This document shows, in pieces, positions 10,126-18,765 of a DNA stretch of 64,000 nucleotides. Under the pieces are notes generated by a model, which was not told where the DNA came from, ran no database searches, and saw only the letters and a list, made by a program, of their open reading frames with translations. Source of the DNA: an uncultured Gemmatimonadales bacterium (GTDB lineage Bacteria; Gemmatimonadota; Gemmatimonadetes; Longimicrobiales; Gaopeijiaceae); the NCBI GenBank assembly GCA_963809895.1, contig CAWELD010000010.1:1050123-1114122 (forward strand). The letters are read 5' to 3'. Position numbers and translations under genes: made by a program. Position 1 is the stretch's first letter; every line of letters starts with the position of its first letter.

Positions 10126-10712
10126 AGACCGATGTGATCCTCGCCGGGGTGGGCGGCCAGGGCGTGTTGTCCGCCGCGGCCATCCTGGCCGAGACCGGGC
10201 TCCGTCAGGGGCTCCACGTGCGCCAGGGTGAGCTGCACGGCATGGCCCAGCGCGGCGGCGCCGTGCAGGCCTCGCTTCGCCTCTCGGACGAGGGCATTCC
10301 CAGCGACCTGGTGCCCCGGGGCGCCGCGACGCTGCTCCTGAGCATGGAGCCCCTGGAGGCGCTGCGATACGTGGATTGGCTGGCTCCCGACGGCGTTGTG
10401 CTGGCCGCGGCGGAGGCCTTCGAGAACATCCCGGACTATCCGTCGCTGGACGACGTGCACGCGCGCATCCGGACGCTTCCCGACGCCAGACTGGTCGAGG
10501 CGGGGCGGTTGGCGCGGGAGGCAGGCAACGCGCGTTCGGCGAACGTGGCCATGATCGGCGCCGCCATGCCCTTCCTGCCGCTGGACCCGACGCTGCTCCA
10601 GCGGGTGATCCGTGAGGCCTTCGCCGGCCGCGGTCCTCGGGTCGTGGAGGCGAACGTGGCCGCGTTCCTGGCCGGCATGGACGCCGTGGCACCCGCGGCC
10701 GCGGTGGTGTGA
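10122..10712 (+). CDS. iorB: Indolepyruvate oxidoreductase beta subunit
   Basis: TTG start overlaps the iorA stop; GVGGQG, ELHGMAQRGGAV, EP.EALR, NVAMIG. Confidence 0.92.
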   Translation: MKTDVILAGVGGQGVLSAAAILAETGLRQGLHVRQGELHGMAQRGGAVQASLRLSDEGIPSDLVPRGAATLLLSMEPLEALRYVDWLAPDGVVLAAAEAFENIPDYPSLDDVHARIRTLPDARLVEAGRLAREAGNARSANVAMIGAAMPFLPLDPTLLQRVIREAFAGRGPRVVEANVAAFLAGMDAVAPAAAVV

Positions 10713-10713
10713 C

Positions 10714-12945
10714 ATGGCCGACGGCACGCTGATGGCGGCGCCGTCCGGCTCCCACATCGGGCCCACCGAGCTGATCGAACGGGTCCGCGCACAGGGTCGG
10801 GCCGTCCTGGTCGAGGACGAAGCGCTCCTGCTGGCTGCCGGCCTGGGCCTGCGGACCCCGCGTCATCGGTCGGTGGTCGACGCCGCCGAGGCCCGGAGCC
10901 TGGAGCTCGCGAGCTTTCCCGGTAGCCACGTGGTCGTGAAGGTCCTGTCACCCCGCGTGCTCCACCGCAGCGACGTGGGAGCTGTACGGGTGGTGCCTCG
11001 TTGGGCCGACGAGGTCGCGTCGGCGGTGGCCGATCTGGAGCGCACCTTCGGCGGCGACGACGTGCGCTATCTCGTCGAGGAGCGGGTGGTGCGTGAAGCC
11101 CGTCCCGGAGACGAGCTTCTCCTGGGCATGCGCGTCACGCGGGAATTCGGACCCGTGGTCACCGTCGCTCCCGGAGGCCTGTTGGCCGAGACGCTCGCTC
11201 CGGCGCTGCGTCCCGACCAGGGGCCCGTCGTGTGGGCTCCGGACCTCGATCTGGAAGGCGCGCTCCGGCGCGAGCTGTCGAGGCGCCACTTCCTGGCGCC
11301 GGCGGTGGAGGGAGTCCGGGGACAGCCGCCGTTGCTCGGTCTGGACGCACTCGAGGCACTCGTGCGTCGCTTCGGCCACCTCGCGCGGGAGCTGATGGCT
11401 GCGGGCGTGGGCGAGCTGGAGTTCAATCCCGTGCTCCTCACGCCCGAGGGTCCGTGGGCCGTGGACGGACTGGGGCGGCTCGGTGAGCCGGGAATTCTCG
11501 AGGAGGCTCGCCCGCCGCGGCCCGGGGCCGCAATCGGCGCCCTGCTGCGTCCGCGCTCCATCGCAGTCATGGGGGTCTCGGAGCGCATGAATCCGGGCCG
11601 CGTGATCCTGCGCAACATTCTCGAGGCCGGGTTCGACGCCGGGGCCGTGACCGTGGTGAAGCCGGGGGTCCGGGAGCTCGACGGCTGCCGATGCGTGGCC
11701 ACGCTCTCGGACCTCCCGGAGCCTGTCGACCTCCTGGTGGTGAGCCTTGCCGCGGAGCAGGTGCCTCCGGTCCTGGAGGAGGTCACCGTCCGGGATCTCG
11801 CTGCCGCCGTCATCCTGGTCGCCGGCGGCATGGACGTGGACGGCCCCGGCGGCTCCCCGGCCCGGCAGGTCCGCCAGATCCTCGACCGGGCACGGGCCAG
11901 CGGCGGAGGACCCGTGGTCAACGGTCCCAACTGCCTGGGCATTCGCTCGGTTCCGGGCGGCTACGACACGCTCTTCATTCCGCGCCACAAGCTGCGCGTG
12001 TCGGACGGGGCGCCGGCGCCTGTCGCGGTGCTCAGCCAGAGCGGGGCGTTCGCCATCGCTCGCATGAGCCGTCTCCGCAACCTCAATCCGCGCTATGTCG
12101 TCACCCTCGGCAACCAGCTGGACCTGACGCTGGCCGACTATCTGGATCACCTCCTGGAGGATCCCGCGGTGGCTGTGGCCGCCTGCTACGTGGAGGGCTT
12201 CGTGCCCGGCGACGGCCGGGCGTTCCTGGCCTCGGCGAGACGGTGGTCGGAGGCCGGACGCCGCGTGCTCCTGTACCGGGCGGGCCGCAGCGAGGCCGGA
12301 GCCCGTGCGGCCGCGTCGCATACCGCCTCGGTGGCCGGGGACTACGCGGTGACCCGGGAGCTCTCCGGACTGGCAGGTGTCGAGGTCGCCCAGGACATCG
12401 AGGAATTCCAGGAACGCATGGCCGTCCTGGCCGCGTGGGCAGGGCGCGGGCCCGGGGGTCACCGGTTGGGCGTCGTCTCCAACGCCGGCTTCGAATGTGT
12501 GGCCATGGCCGACACCCTCGGCGGGCGCGAGCTGGCCGATCTGGCTCCCGCCACCCGGAGTGCGCTCGCGGACCTGCTGGCGGAAGCGCGCCTCGAGGAG
12601 ATCGTGGGCGTCGCCAATCCCCTGGACGTCACGCCCATCATGAGTGACGCGGGCTTCGTGGAAGCCGCGCGCCTCGTGCTGGCCGATCCCGGTGTGGACG
12701 TGGGCCTGGTCGGTTGCGTGCCCCTGACGCCGGCCTTGCAGACGCTGGCGGCGTCCGGAGAGCACGCGGAGGACCATGTCGCCGCCGACTCGGTGGTCTC
12801 GGGGCTCGTCCGGTTGTGGAACGAGACGAGCAAGCCCTGGGCGGTGGTGGTGGACTCGGGGCCGGACTACGAGCCCATGCGTCAAGCGCTGGAGCGGGCG
12901 GGAATCCCCGTACTCCGGAGCGCCAACGCGGCGCACCTCGGCTAA
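10714..12945 (+). CDS. ADP-forming acyl-CoA synthetase (acetate-CoA ligase family), ATP-grasp domain first
   Basis: N-terminal VVKVLS..LHRSDVGAV and LEFNPVL..VDG; then CoA-binding RSIAVMGVS, GPNCLG, SQSGA, and phospho-His motif AASHTAS. Confidence 0.88.
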   Translation: MADGTLMAAPSGSHIGPTELIERVRAQGRAVLVEDEALLLAAGLGLRTPRHRSVVDAAEARSLELASFPGSHVVVKVLSPRVLHRSDVGAVRVVPRWADEVASAVADLERTFGGDDVRYLVEERVVREARPGDELLLGMRVTREFGPVVTVAPGGLLAETLAPALRPDQGPVVWAPDLDLEGALRRELSRRHFLAPAVEGVRGQPPLLGLDALEALVRRFGHLARELMAAGVGELEFNPVLLTPEGPWAVDGLGRLGEPGILEEARPPRPGAAIGALLRPRSIAVMGVSERMNPGRVILRNILEAGFDAGAVTVVKPGVRELDGCRCVATLSDLPEPVDLLVVSLAAEQVPPVLEEVTVRDLAAAVILVAGGMDVDGPGGSPARQVRQILDRARASGGGPVVNGPNCLGIRSVPGGYDTLFIPRHKLRVSDGAPAPVAVLSQSGAFAIARMSRLRNLNPRYVVTLGNQLDLTLADYLDHLLEDPAVAVAACYVEGFVPGDGRAFLASARRWSEAGRRVLLYRAGRSEAGARAAASHTASVAGDYAVTRELSGLAGVEVAQDIEEFQERMAVLAAWAGRGPGGHRLGVVSNAGFECVAMADTLGGRELADLAPATRSALADLLAEARLEEIVGVANPLDVTPIMSDAGFVEAARLVLADPGVDVGLVGCVPLTPALQTLAASGEHAEDHVAADSVVSGLVRLWNETSKPWAVVVDSGPDYEPMRQALERAGIPVLRSANAAHLG

Positions 12946-13469
12946 CCGTTACGGTCTACGTCCGTCGCGATAATTCCCGCCATCTCTTCCCACAACGGAT
13001 CACACAGACCGGGTCGCTGCACCGCGGCCTGGAAGTCGTCGTGCTCCCGACGGTACATGCGCAAGAGATCCGCTCGCTCCCGCGCGACGCACGCCCTCAG
13101 ATTGGCCAACCGGTCGGCGGCCTTCACGACCAGCGCCAGGTGGTGGCGGTCGGGAGCCGCCGCCAGACGCACCAGGGTACGCGCCTTGCGCTCACGTCGA
13201 TTCCGGCCCGGGCGGTCCGTGACCAGATCGACGCAGGCGGCGACCCGTGCGCCGAATCCATCCTCCACCTCCTCCAACGACGTCTCGGTATCCTCGACGA
13301 TGTCGTGCAGGTACGCCACGACGCGTGCCCGGTCGCCGTACTCCTCGACGAGCCGCGCGACGTCGTCGAGGTGCGCCGTGTAGGGGAGGTCGCCGTACTG
13401 TTGGTTGGCGTGGCGCTCGGCGGCCAGCGCACGGGCGCGAGCCACAGCTCCGGGATCGAGGTCGTTCAT
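12942..13469 (-). CDS. Stand-alone HD-domain protein, RelA/SpoT hydrolase (MESH1/SAH)-like
   Basis: H..QQY..PY..H, LHDIVEDT, FG.RVA..V..VT, KAADRLAN. Confidence 0.85.
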   Translation of the reverse strand: MNDLDPGAVARARALAAERHANQQYGDLPYTAHLDDVARLVEEYGDRARVVAYLHDIVEDTETSLEEVEDGFGARVAACVDLVTDRPGRNRRERKARTLVRLAAAPDRHHLALVVKAADRLANLRACVARERADLLRMYRREHDDFQAAVQRPGLCDPLWEEMAGIIATDVDRNG

Positions 13470-13603
13470 CCGGGGTCCGTCCGAATTTCGTCGGTGACGT
13501 GGATGGGAATACTGTGGTCCCACACCGGGCCCGGGAACCCCCGCCCTCGCTCCCGGTATTGGACGGGTCCTGCGGTAGGACCGACTTCAGCGAGGAGACC
13601 TGT

Positions 13604-14191
13604 ATGAAGCGTGTCGTCACGCTCGGCCTGCTCGCGGGAGCGCTCACCCTGGGTCTGCCGGCTCCGTCGGCTGCCCAGGAGGGATCGGACTTCCTCCCCG
13701 TGGGCGAGATGGCCCCCGACATCCAGGTCGTGGGTGCCACCCGCTACGGAGTCCTGGAGGAGCCGCTCCACCTGAGCGACTTTCGCGGCGAGACCGTGGT
13801 TCTGGCTTTCTTCTTCCGCGCCCGATCGCGTGGGTGAACGGTGCAAATGCAGGCGTACCGTGATCAGTACGCGAGTCTTTTCCACGATGGCCAGAACGTG
13901 GTTCTCCTGGGCATCTCCAATGATTCCCCCGCAGAGCTGGCGTCCTGGGCCGAGGACGCCGACTTCCAGTTCCTGTTCGGCAGCGACTCCGAGGGTGCGG
14001 CCTACGCCGCCTTCGGTGGAGATCCCCGCGACGATGGGATGGTGGGGAGCCGGGCCGTGATCGTCGTCGATCCGGATGGTCGCATCGCCGAGGTCATCCC
14101 GCAGTTCAACCAGGTGGATCCGGCGGCCTACGAGCAGCTCGGCGCCGCCATCGACCGGGTGACCCCCGAGCCGGCGGGCGAGGACCGGTAG
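13604..14191 (+). CDS. Exported AhpC/TSA (BCP-like) peroxiredoxin with in-frame UGA, probable selenoprotein (195 aa)
   Basis: GAGGAG RBS and signal peptide; ..VVLAFFFRARSRG-UGA-TVQMQAYRD.. has UGA at the peroxidatic Cys position; the frame continues with VLLGISND and the conserved Arg (SRAVIVVDPDGRI). Confidence 0.8.
13853..13872 (+). promoter_or_regulatory. Candidate bacterial SECIS hairpin
   Basis: GCGTAC-CGTGATCA-GTACGC perfect 6-bp stem; loop begins 21 nt after the UGA at 13835-13837. Confidence 0.55.
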
Positions 14192-14218
14192 AGGTCCGAG
14201 CCCACCGGTGCGGTCCAC

Positions 14219-14252
14219 CGAGGCCCGGCGCGGGAGACCGCGCCGGGCCTCG
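14219..14252. terminator. Bidirectional hairpin between convergent prx and tlpA
   Basis: Perfect 15-bp stem CGAGGCCCGGCGCGG-GAGA-CCGCGCCGGGCCTCG. Confidence 0.7.
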
Positions 14253-14254
14253 TG

Positions 14255-14779
14255 TCATTGGGTGGCGAGCACCGCCCGCACCGCGCCCAGCAGATCCTGG
14301 TCGGCACCCACACCGGTGTAGGCTACACGTCCCTGGGCGTCGAGGATCACCACCACCGAGGTCGTGGGCGCCTTGAAGGCCCGCACCGCGTTGCCCTTGC
14401 CGTCCCACACGTAGGGATATCCCGGATCGTGATCCTCAACGTGGCGCCTGACCCGCCGCACCGACTGGGCGACGGCCACGGCGACCGCCACGACGTTCAT
14501 GCGGTCGCCGAATTCCGACTGGATCCGGTCCATCTGGGGCTGTAGTGCCTCGCACTTCTCGCACCAGGTGGCCCAGAACTCCACCAGGGCCGGCTTACCC
14601 CGTGTGTAGTCCATCAGCTCCACCGCGTTGCCGTCCAGATCCTCGACAGACGCCGAGGGTGCCTGGGAGCCCAACGCCGGCCCCACCTCGCCGGAGGCCT
14701 GTGCACGCAGGGTTCCGGGCCCGGCGAGGGCCAGCAGAGCGATGAGGACGGAACCGCCGGATCGGAGTTGAGAGGTCAT
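14255..14779 (-). CDS. TlpA/ResA-like exported thiol-disulfide oxidoreductase
   Basis: Signal peptide, LVEFWATWCEKC, start overlaps the ccdA stop. Confidence 0.88.
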   Translation of the reverse strand: MTSQLRSGGSVLIALLALAGPGTLRAQASGEVGPALGSQAPSASVEDLDGNAVELMDYTRGKPALVEFWATWCEKCEALQPQMDRIQSEFGDRMNVVAVAVAVAQSVRRVRRHVEDHDPGYPYVWDGKGNAVRAFKAPTTSVVVILDAQGRVAYTGVGADQDLLGAVRAVLATQ

Positions 14780-15507
14780 AGGTTGTACCCTGCGATGACG
14801 AAGTAGTATTCGGCCATTCCGAGCATGATCAGCGCCCCGATCCGCTTGGCCCACAGCATCCACGCGCCGGAGCGGGGCAGCAGTGTGACGGCTCCCGCGA
14901 AGATTCCCACCACCGCCAGGAGCGCCGTCATGCCCAGCGAGAAGGCGAACAGATAGACGAACCCCATCAAGCCGGCCTGGGTGGTCGCCACCCAGGTGAG
15001 GACCACCGCGAACGCCGGTGCGCCACAGGGGGCTGCTACGATCCCCGAGCTCGCGCCCAGCAGGAACACGGCGCCGTAGGACCCGCCGCCCTGGCGGCCG
15101 GCCCACGCGAGCAGCCGCCGGGGCACGGGCATGGGAATGACGTCGAGCATGATCAGCGCGAACAGCACCAGGACGTTGCCGATGGCGAACCTCACCCACG
15201 GGTTGGCGCTCACCGTGCCGAAGAGGGTGCCCGTGAGCCCGGCGAGGAGGCCCAGGAAGGCGTAGAGCAGTGCCATGCCCAGCACGTACGTCAGGGTCAG
15301 CGCCACCGTGCGCGCCCTGGTCTGCCGTTCCTGCGCCGTGCAGGTGATCACCGACGCGGTGATGGGAATCATGGGGTAGACGCAGGGCGTGAGGCTCGTC
15401 AGCACCCCGGCTCCGAAGAGCGTGGCGATGGCCACGAGGGGGCTCGCCGAGAGCGTCTGTGAGAGTCCGCCGGCGGACTCGGCCTGGATCAGCGCGAAGA
15501 GGGTCAT
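14776..15507 (-). CDS. ccdA: CcdA / DsbD-beta family disulfide transporter
   Basis: TSLTPCVYPMIP and AAPCGAP Cys motifs, about 6 TM helices; ATG 15507 with GGAGG. Confidence 0.9.
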   Translation of the reverse strand: MTLFALIQAESAGGLSQTLSASPLVAIATLFGAGVLTSLTPCVYPMIPITASVITCTAQERQTRARTVALTLTYVLGMALLYAFLGLLAGLTGTLFGTVSANPWVRFAIGNVLVLFALIMLDVIPMPVPRRLLAWAGRQGGGSYGAVFLLGASSGIVAAPCGAPAFAVVLTWVATTQAGLMGFVYLFAFSLGMTALLAVVGIFAGAVTLLPRSGAWMLWAKRIGALIMLGMAEYYFVIAGYNL

Positions 15508-15638
15508 GTCGGGCCCCTCCAACCCCCGCGGACCGCGGGAGGTTCCTGTTGGCGGTCACGGCATCCTTGATGCGTCGAGGGCCGAGCGCCCATGTTGCGC
15601 CACCAGCACGGAGGCTCCCCCCGGAACGAGAGGTTCCC

Positions 15639-16070
15639 ATGAAGAAGGCGACGGCACTGATCCTGGTCCCCCTCGGCATTGGCGCCACATTGGCGTGGTC
15701 TTCGCCGCCCGGTGCACGGGCGCTCGCCGACATCCCGGTGAGCGTCGCGGTTCAATGTCAGGAGGGGCAGCCGGTGGTGACGGTGAATCCGGACCAGGTC
15801 ACGGTGAACCGGGGAGACCAGGTGGTGTGGACCGCCACCGGCGCCGACTCGATCCAGATCGTGCCGGCCGGTGAGCAGTGGCCGTTCCCGGAGCTTCCTC
15901 CCAAGGCTCGGGGACGCGGGCCGGGGCAGGGCATCACCCGGTCCGGACAGCTCCCGCCCGGTCTGACTCGCGGGAATCGCTATCCGTACTCCGTGCGAGC
16001 ATTTGCGTGTGGGCAGCAAGCGGACCTCGACCCCGAGATCATCATCGGCGAGGATCAGGATCTCACGTAG
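15639..16070 (+). CDS. Small secreted beta-sandwich (cupredoxin-like) protein
   Basis: Signal peptide; VTVNPDQVTVNRGDQVVW..Y.YSV..LDPEIII pattern; two Cys. Confidence 0.65.
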   Translation: MKKATALILVPLGIGATLAWSSPPGARALADIPVSVAVQCQEGQPVVTVNPDQVTVNRGDQVVWTATGADSIQIVPAGEQWPFPELPPKARGRGPGQGITRSGQLPPGLTRGNRYPYSVRAFACGQQADLDPEIIIGEDQDLT

Positions 16071-16112
16071 TCGGGGGCTACGCTTCGATCATCCCCGGGG
16101 GGGCCGCTGGCG

Positions 16113-18374
16113 TCAGCCGCCGGCGGCCCCTTCCATCGCCTGGGCTTCGTCGTCCCGCCCCAGGGTGCGCAGAAGCCTCGCGAGGTCACGCCTGGTCTCC
16201 GCGATCTGCACGCTGTCCCCGTTGCTCTGCCGGATGGTGAGTGCCCGGCGATAGAGGGATTCCGCGTCCTGTGGACGTCCGGCGTCGCGATAGACGTTGG
16301 CCAGCCCGTTGAGGGTGATGGCCACCGAAGGATTGTCCGCGCCGTACGCGCGCTGCTTGATGTCCAGGGCCTTTTCGAACGCGGCTTCGGCCTCCTCGTA
16401 GCGCCCTTCGGCCCAGTAGGTCTCACCCAGGTTGTTCTCGATGGCCGCGATGCGCGGGTGGTCCGGCTCCAGCGTCGCGGTCCAGATGTCCCGTGCCTTC
16501 TCGTAGGCCTGCTCGGCCTCGGGGAACTTGCCCTGATACCAGTAGAGCGCACCGAGGTTGTTGTACGCCTGGGCCAGATCCGGATGGTCCGGCCCCAGCA
16601 ATCGCTGGCGGATGGCCATGGCCCGCTCGAGGGGTCCTTCCGCGTCGGCGAAGCGCTGCTGGCGCAGGTAGAGGCCGCCCAGGTTGTTGAGGGTCAGGGC
16701 CAGCGTGGCTTCATCCGTCTCGGGCGAGGCCTCCTGGCGGGCGAGTACGTCCTTGAGCAGCGGCTCGGCCTGGTCGAACCGTCCCGTCTCGACGTAGAGA
16801 TCGGCGAGACTGCGCAGGTAGCGCAGGACCGTGGCTTCATCGGGCTCCTCGGTGTCGCGCGCCAGACCCAATGCCCGCTCGAGCACCGGCTCGGCCTCGT
16901 CGTAGGCGCCCTGCTGGCGCAGGAGAATTCCCAGGCGCTGCAGCGTCTCGGCGAGCTCGGCGGGAGCGGCTCCGCTGGACTCGGCCAGCGCCGCGGCCCG
17001 CCGCAGCAGAGGCCGCGCGGCGTCGTACAGGCCCAGCTCCCGGTACACGTCACCCATGGTCCGCATGAGGCGCGCCTGAACGCGTGGTTGGTCCGCGAGC
17101 TCGGCATCGATGCGCTCCGCTCCGCGGTCCAGGATCTCCCGGGCCGTGATGGTGTTGCCGCGGGCCTCGCCGGGGTCGCTGACCTGGAAGAGATCGACCA
17201 GGAAGTCCGCCACGCGGCGGGCCGTCTCGGCCTCTTCTTCTGCGGTGACCTGGGCGTGGCGGGCCTGAAGCATGCCCATGGTGGCGGCCCCGGCGCCGCC
17301 GAGGACCGCCACCAGCGCAATGCAACCCGCGATCACCGCGGCCCGATTGCGCTCCACGAAGCGGTTGAGGCGGTACGCGGCGCTGGGGGGGCGAGCCATG
17401 ATCGGCTCCCGCCTCAGGTATCTCTCGAGATCCGCTGCCATGGCGTTGGCGGTCTCGTACCGGCGTGTACGATCCTTGTCCATGGCCTTGAGGATGATCC
17501 AGTCCAGGTCGCCCTTCAGCTCCCGGCGCAGGAACGAAGGCGTGGTGCGCCGCCGCCGAGCGATGGCGTCCTGGGTGTCACCCAGACTCGTCAGACGGGT
17601 GCTGGGCCGCGGAACGTCCCGCTCGCGGAGCGTCACCTGGATGGCCTGGTCGTGCTTCGACGTGAGATCGAAGGGAAGGCTCCCCACCAGCAGTTCGAAG
17701 AGAACCACGCCCAGCGAGTAGATGTCGGTGCGGGTATCCACATCGAGCCCCGACATCTCGGCCTGTTCGGGGCTCATGTACTCCGGCGTTCCCACCATCT
17801 GGCCCACGCGTGTGACCAGGGTGCGATCCGTGAGGTCGCGCCCTATGGCCTTGGCGATACCGAAATCGATGACCTTCACCAAGGGTCGTGACTCCCGCAC
17901 CGTGACCAGGATGTTGGAGGGCTTCAGGTCCCGGTGGATCACGCCCTTGTGATGCGCGTGCTGGATGGCGTGGCACACGTCCTGGAACAGCCGGATGCGC
18001 TCCTCGGTGCTCAGCTTGTGCGTGTCCGCGTACTCCGTGATCGGCGTCCCCTGGACCAGCTCCATGACGAAGTAGGGACGCCCGATCTCGGTGGCTCCCG
18101 CGTCGTAGACCTTGGCGATGTTGGGATGGTCCATGACCGCCAACGCCTGGCGCTCCGAGTCGAAGCGGGCCACGACGTGCTTCGTGTCCATCCCGATCTT
18201 GATGATCTTGAGCGCCACGCGGCGATGGACCGGGGCCGCCTGCTCGGCCAGGTAGACGATGCCCATGCCACCTTCGCCGAGCACGTCGAGGATCTTGTAC
18301 GGCCCGATCCGCGACGGTGGGCCCAGGGGGTCGCCCGGACCCGGGACCTTGGCGAAGGGATCGTCCTTGCTCAT
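16113..18374 (-). CDS. Ser/Thr protein kinase with TM helix and C-terminal TPR repeats
   Basis: LGEGGMG.VY, VALK, HRDLKPSN, DFG, GTPEYMSPEQ; repeated LA..LNNLG.LY TPR units. Confidence 0.93.
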   Translation of the reverse strand: MSKDDPFAKVPGPGDPLGPPSRIGPYKILDVLGEGGMGIVYLAEQAAPVHRRVALKIIKIGMDTKHVVARFDSERQALAVMDHPNIAKVYDAGATEIGRPYFVMELVQGTPITEYADTHKLSTEERIRLFQDVCHAIQHAHHKGVIHRDLKPSNILVTVRESRPLVKVIDFGIAKAIGRDLTDRTLVTRVGQMVGTPEYMSPEQAEMSGLDVDTRTDIYSLGVVLFELLVGSLPFDLTSKHDQAIQVTLRERDVPRPSTRLTSLGDTQDAIARRRRTTPSFLRRELKGDLDWIILKAMDKDRTRRYETANAMAADLERYLRREPIMARPPSAAYRLNRFVERNRAAVIAGCIALVAVLGGAGAATMGMLQARHAQVTAEEEAETARRVADFLVDLFQVSDPGEARGNTITAREILDRGAERIDAELADQPRVQARLMRTMGDVYRELGLYDAARPLLRRAAALAESSGAAPAELAETLQRLGILLRQQGAYDEAEPVLERALGLARDTEEPDEATVLRYLRSLADLYVETGRFDQAEPLLKDVLARQEASPETDEATLALTLNNLGGLYLRQQRFADAEGPLERAMAIRQRLLGPDHPDLAQAYNNLGALYWYQGKFPEAEQAYEKARDIWTATLEPDHPRIAAIENNLGETYWAEGRYEEAEAAFEKALDIKQRAYGADNPSVAITLNGLANVYRDAGRPQDAESLYRRALTIRQSNGDSVQIAETRRDLARLLRTLGRDDEAQAMEGAAGG

Positions 18375-18458
18375 GGGCCGTGTGCTCGGTGGGGGGCGGA
18401 CCAGTGATGGGATGCCGCAAGATTCCCCGGCAGGGGCGGCAAAGTCAACGCGCGGTCT

Positions 18459-18765
18459 CTAGCAGGTCGCTGAAGAAGGGGAGTACCCCGCGCGCAAGGC
18501 GCTTTCGCGCGTTCAGGCAAGGAAAGACGACGAGTCGTAGCAGCGCTACGGCGAGGAGGAGAGACGATGGATCAACCGCGGAACCGCCATGCGCCCATCC
18601 ATATGCGGCCTATGAACTTGGACGGCAGTGGGTTGGGGCGGCACGGCCCCTCCTCCGTCGTTGAAGCGCCTCGACGTAGCTTTGGCTATGCCTTCGTCAC
18701 TTCGCCTAGGATGAGGGGCCGTGGCGCTCCCAACGCGGGGTGCTCCCCTTCTTCAGCGACCTGCT
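18459..18765. repeat. Palindromic MITE-like element, copy 1
   Basis: 32-bp terminal inverted repeats (18461-18492 / 18734-18765, 31/32 match), left CTAG, internal hairpins, 27-mer identical to copy 2. Confidence 0.75.
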
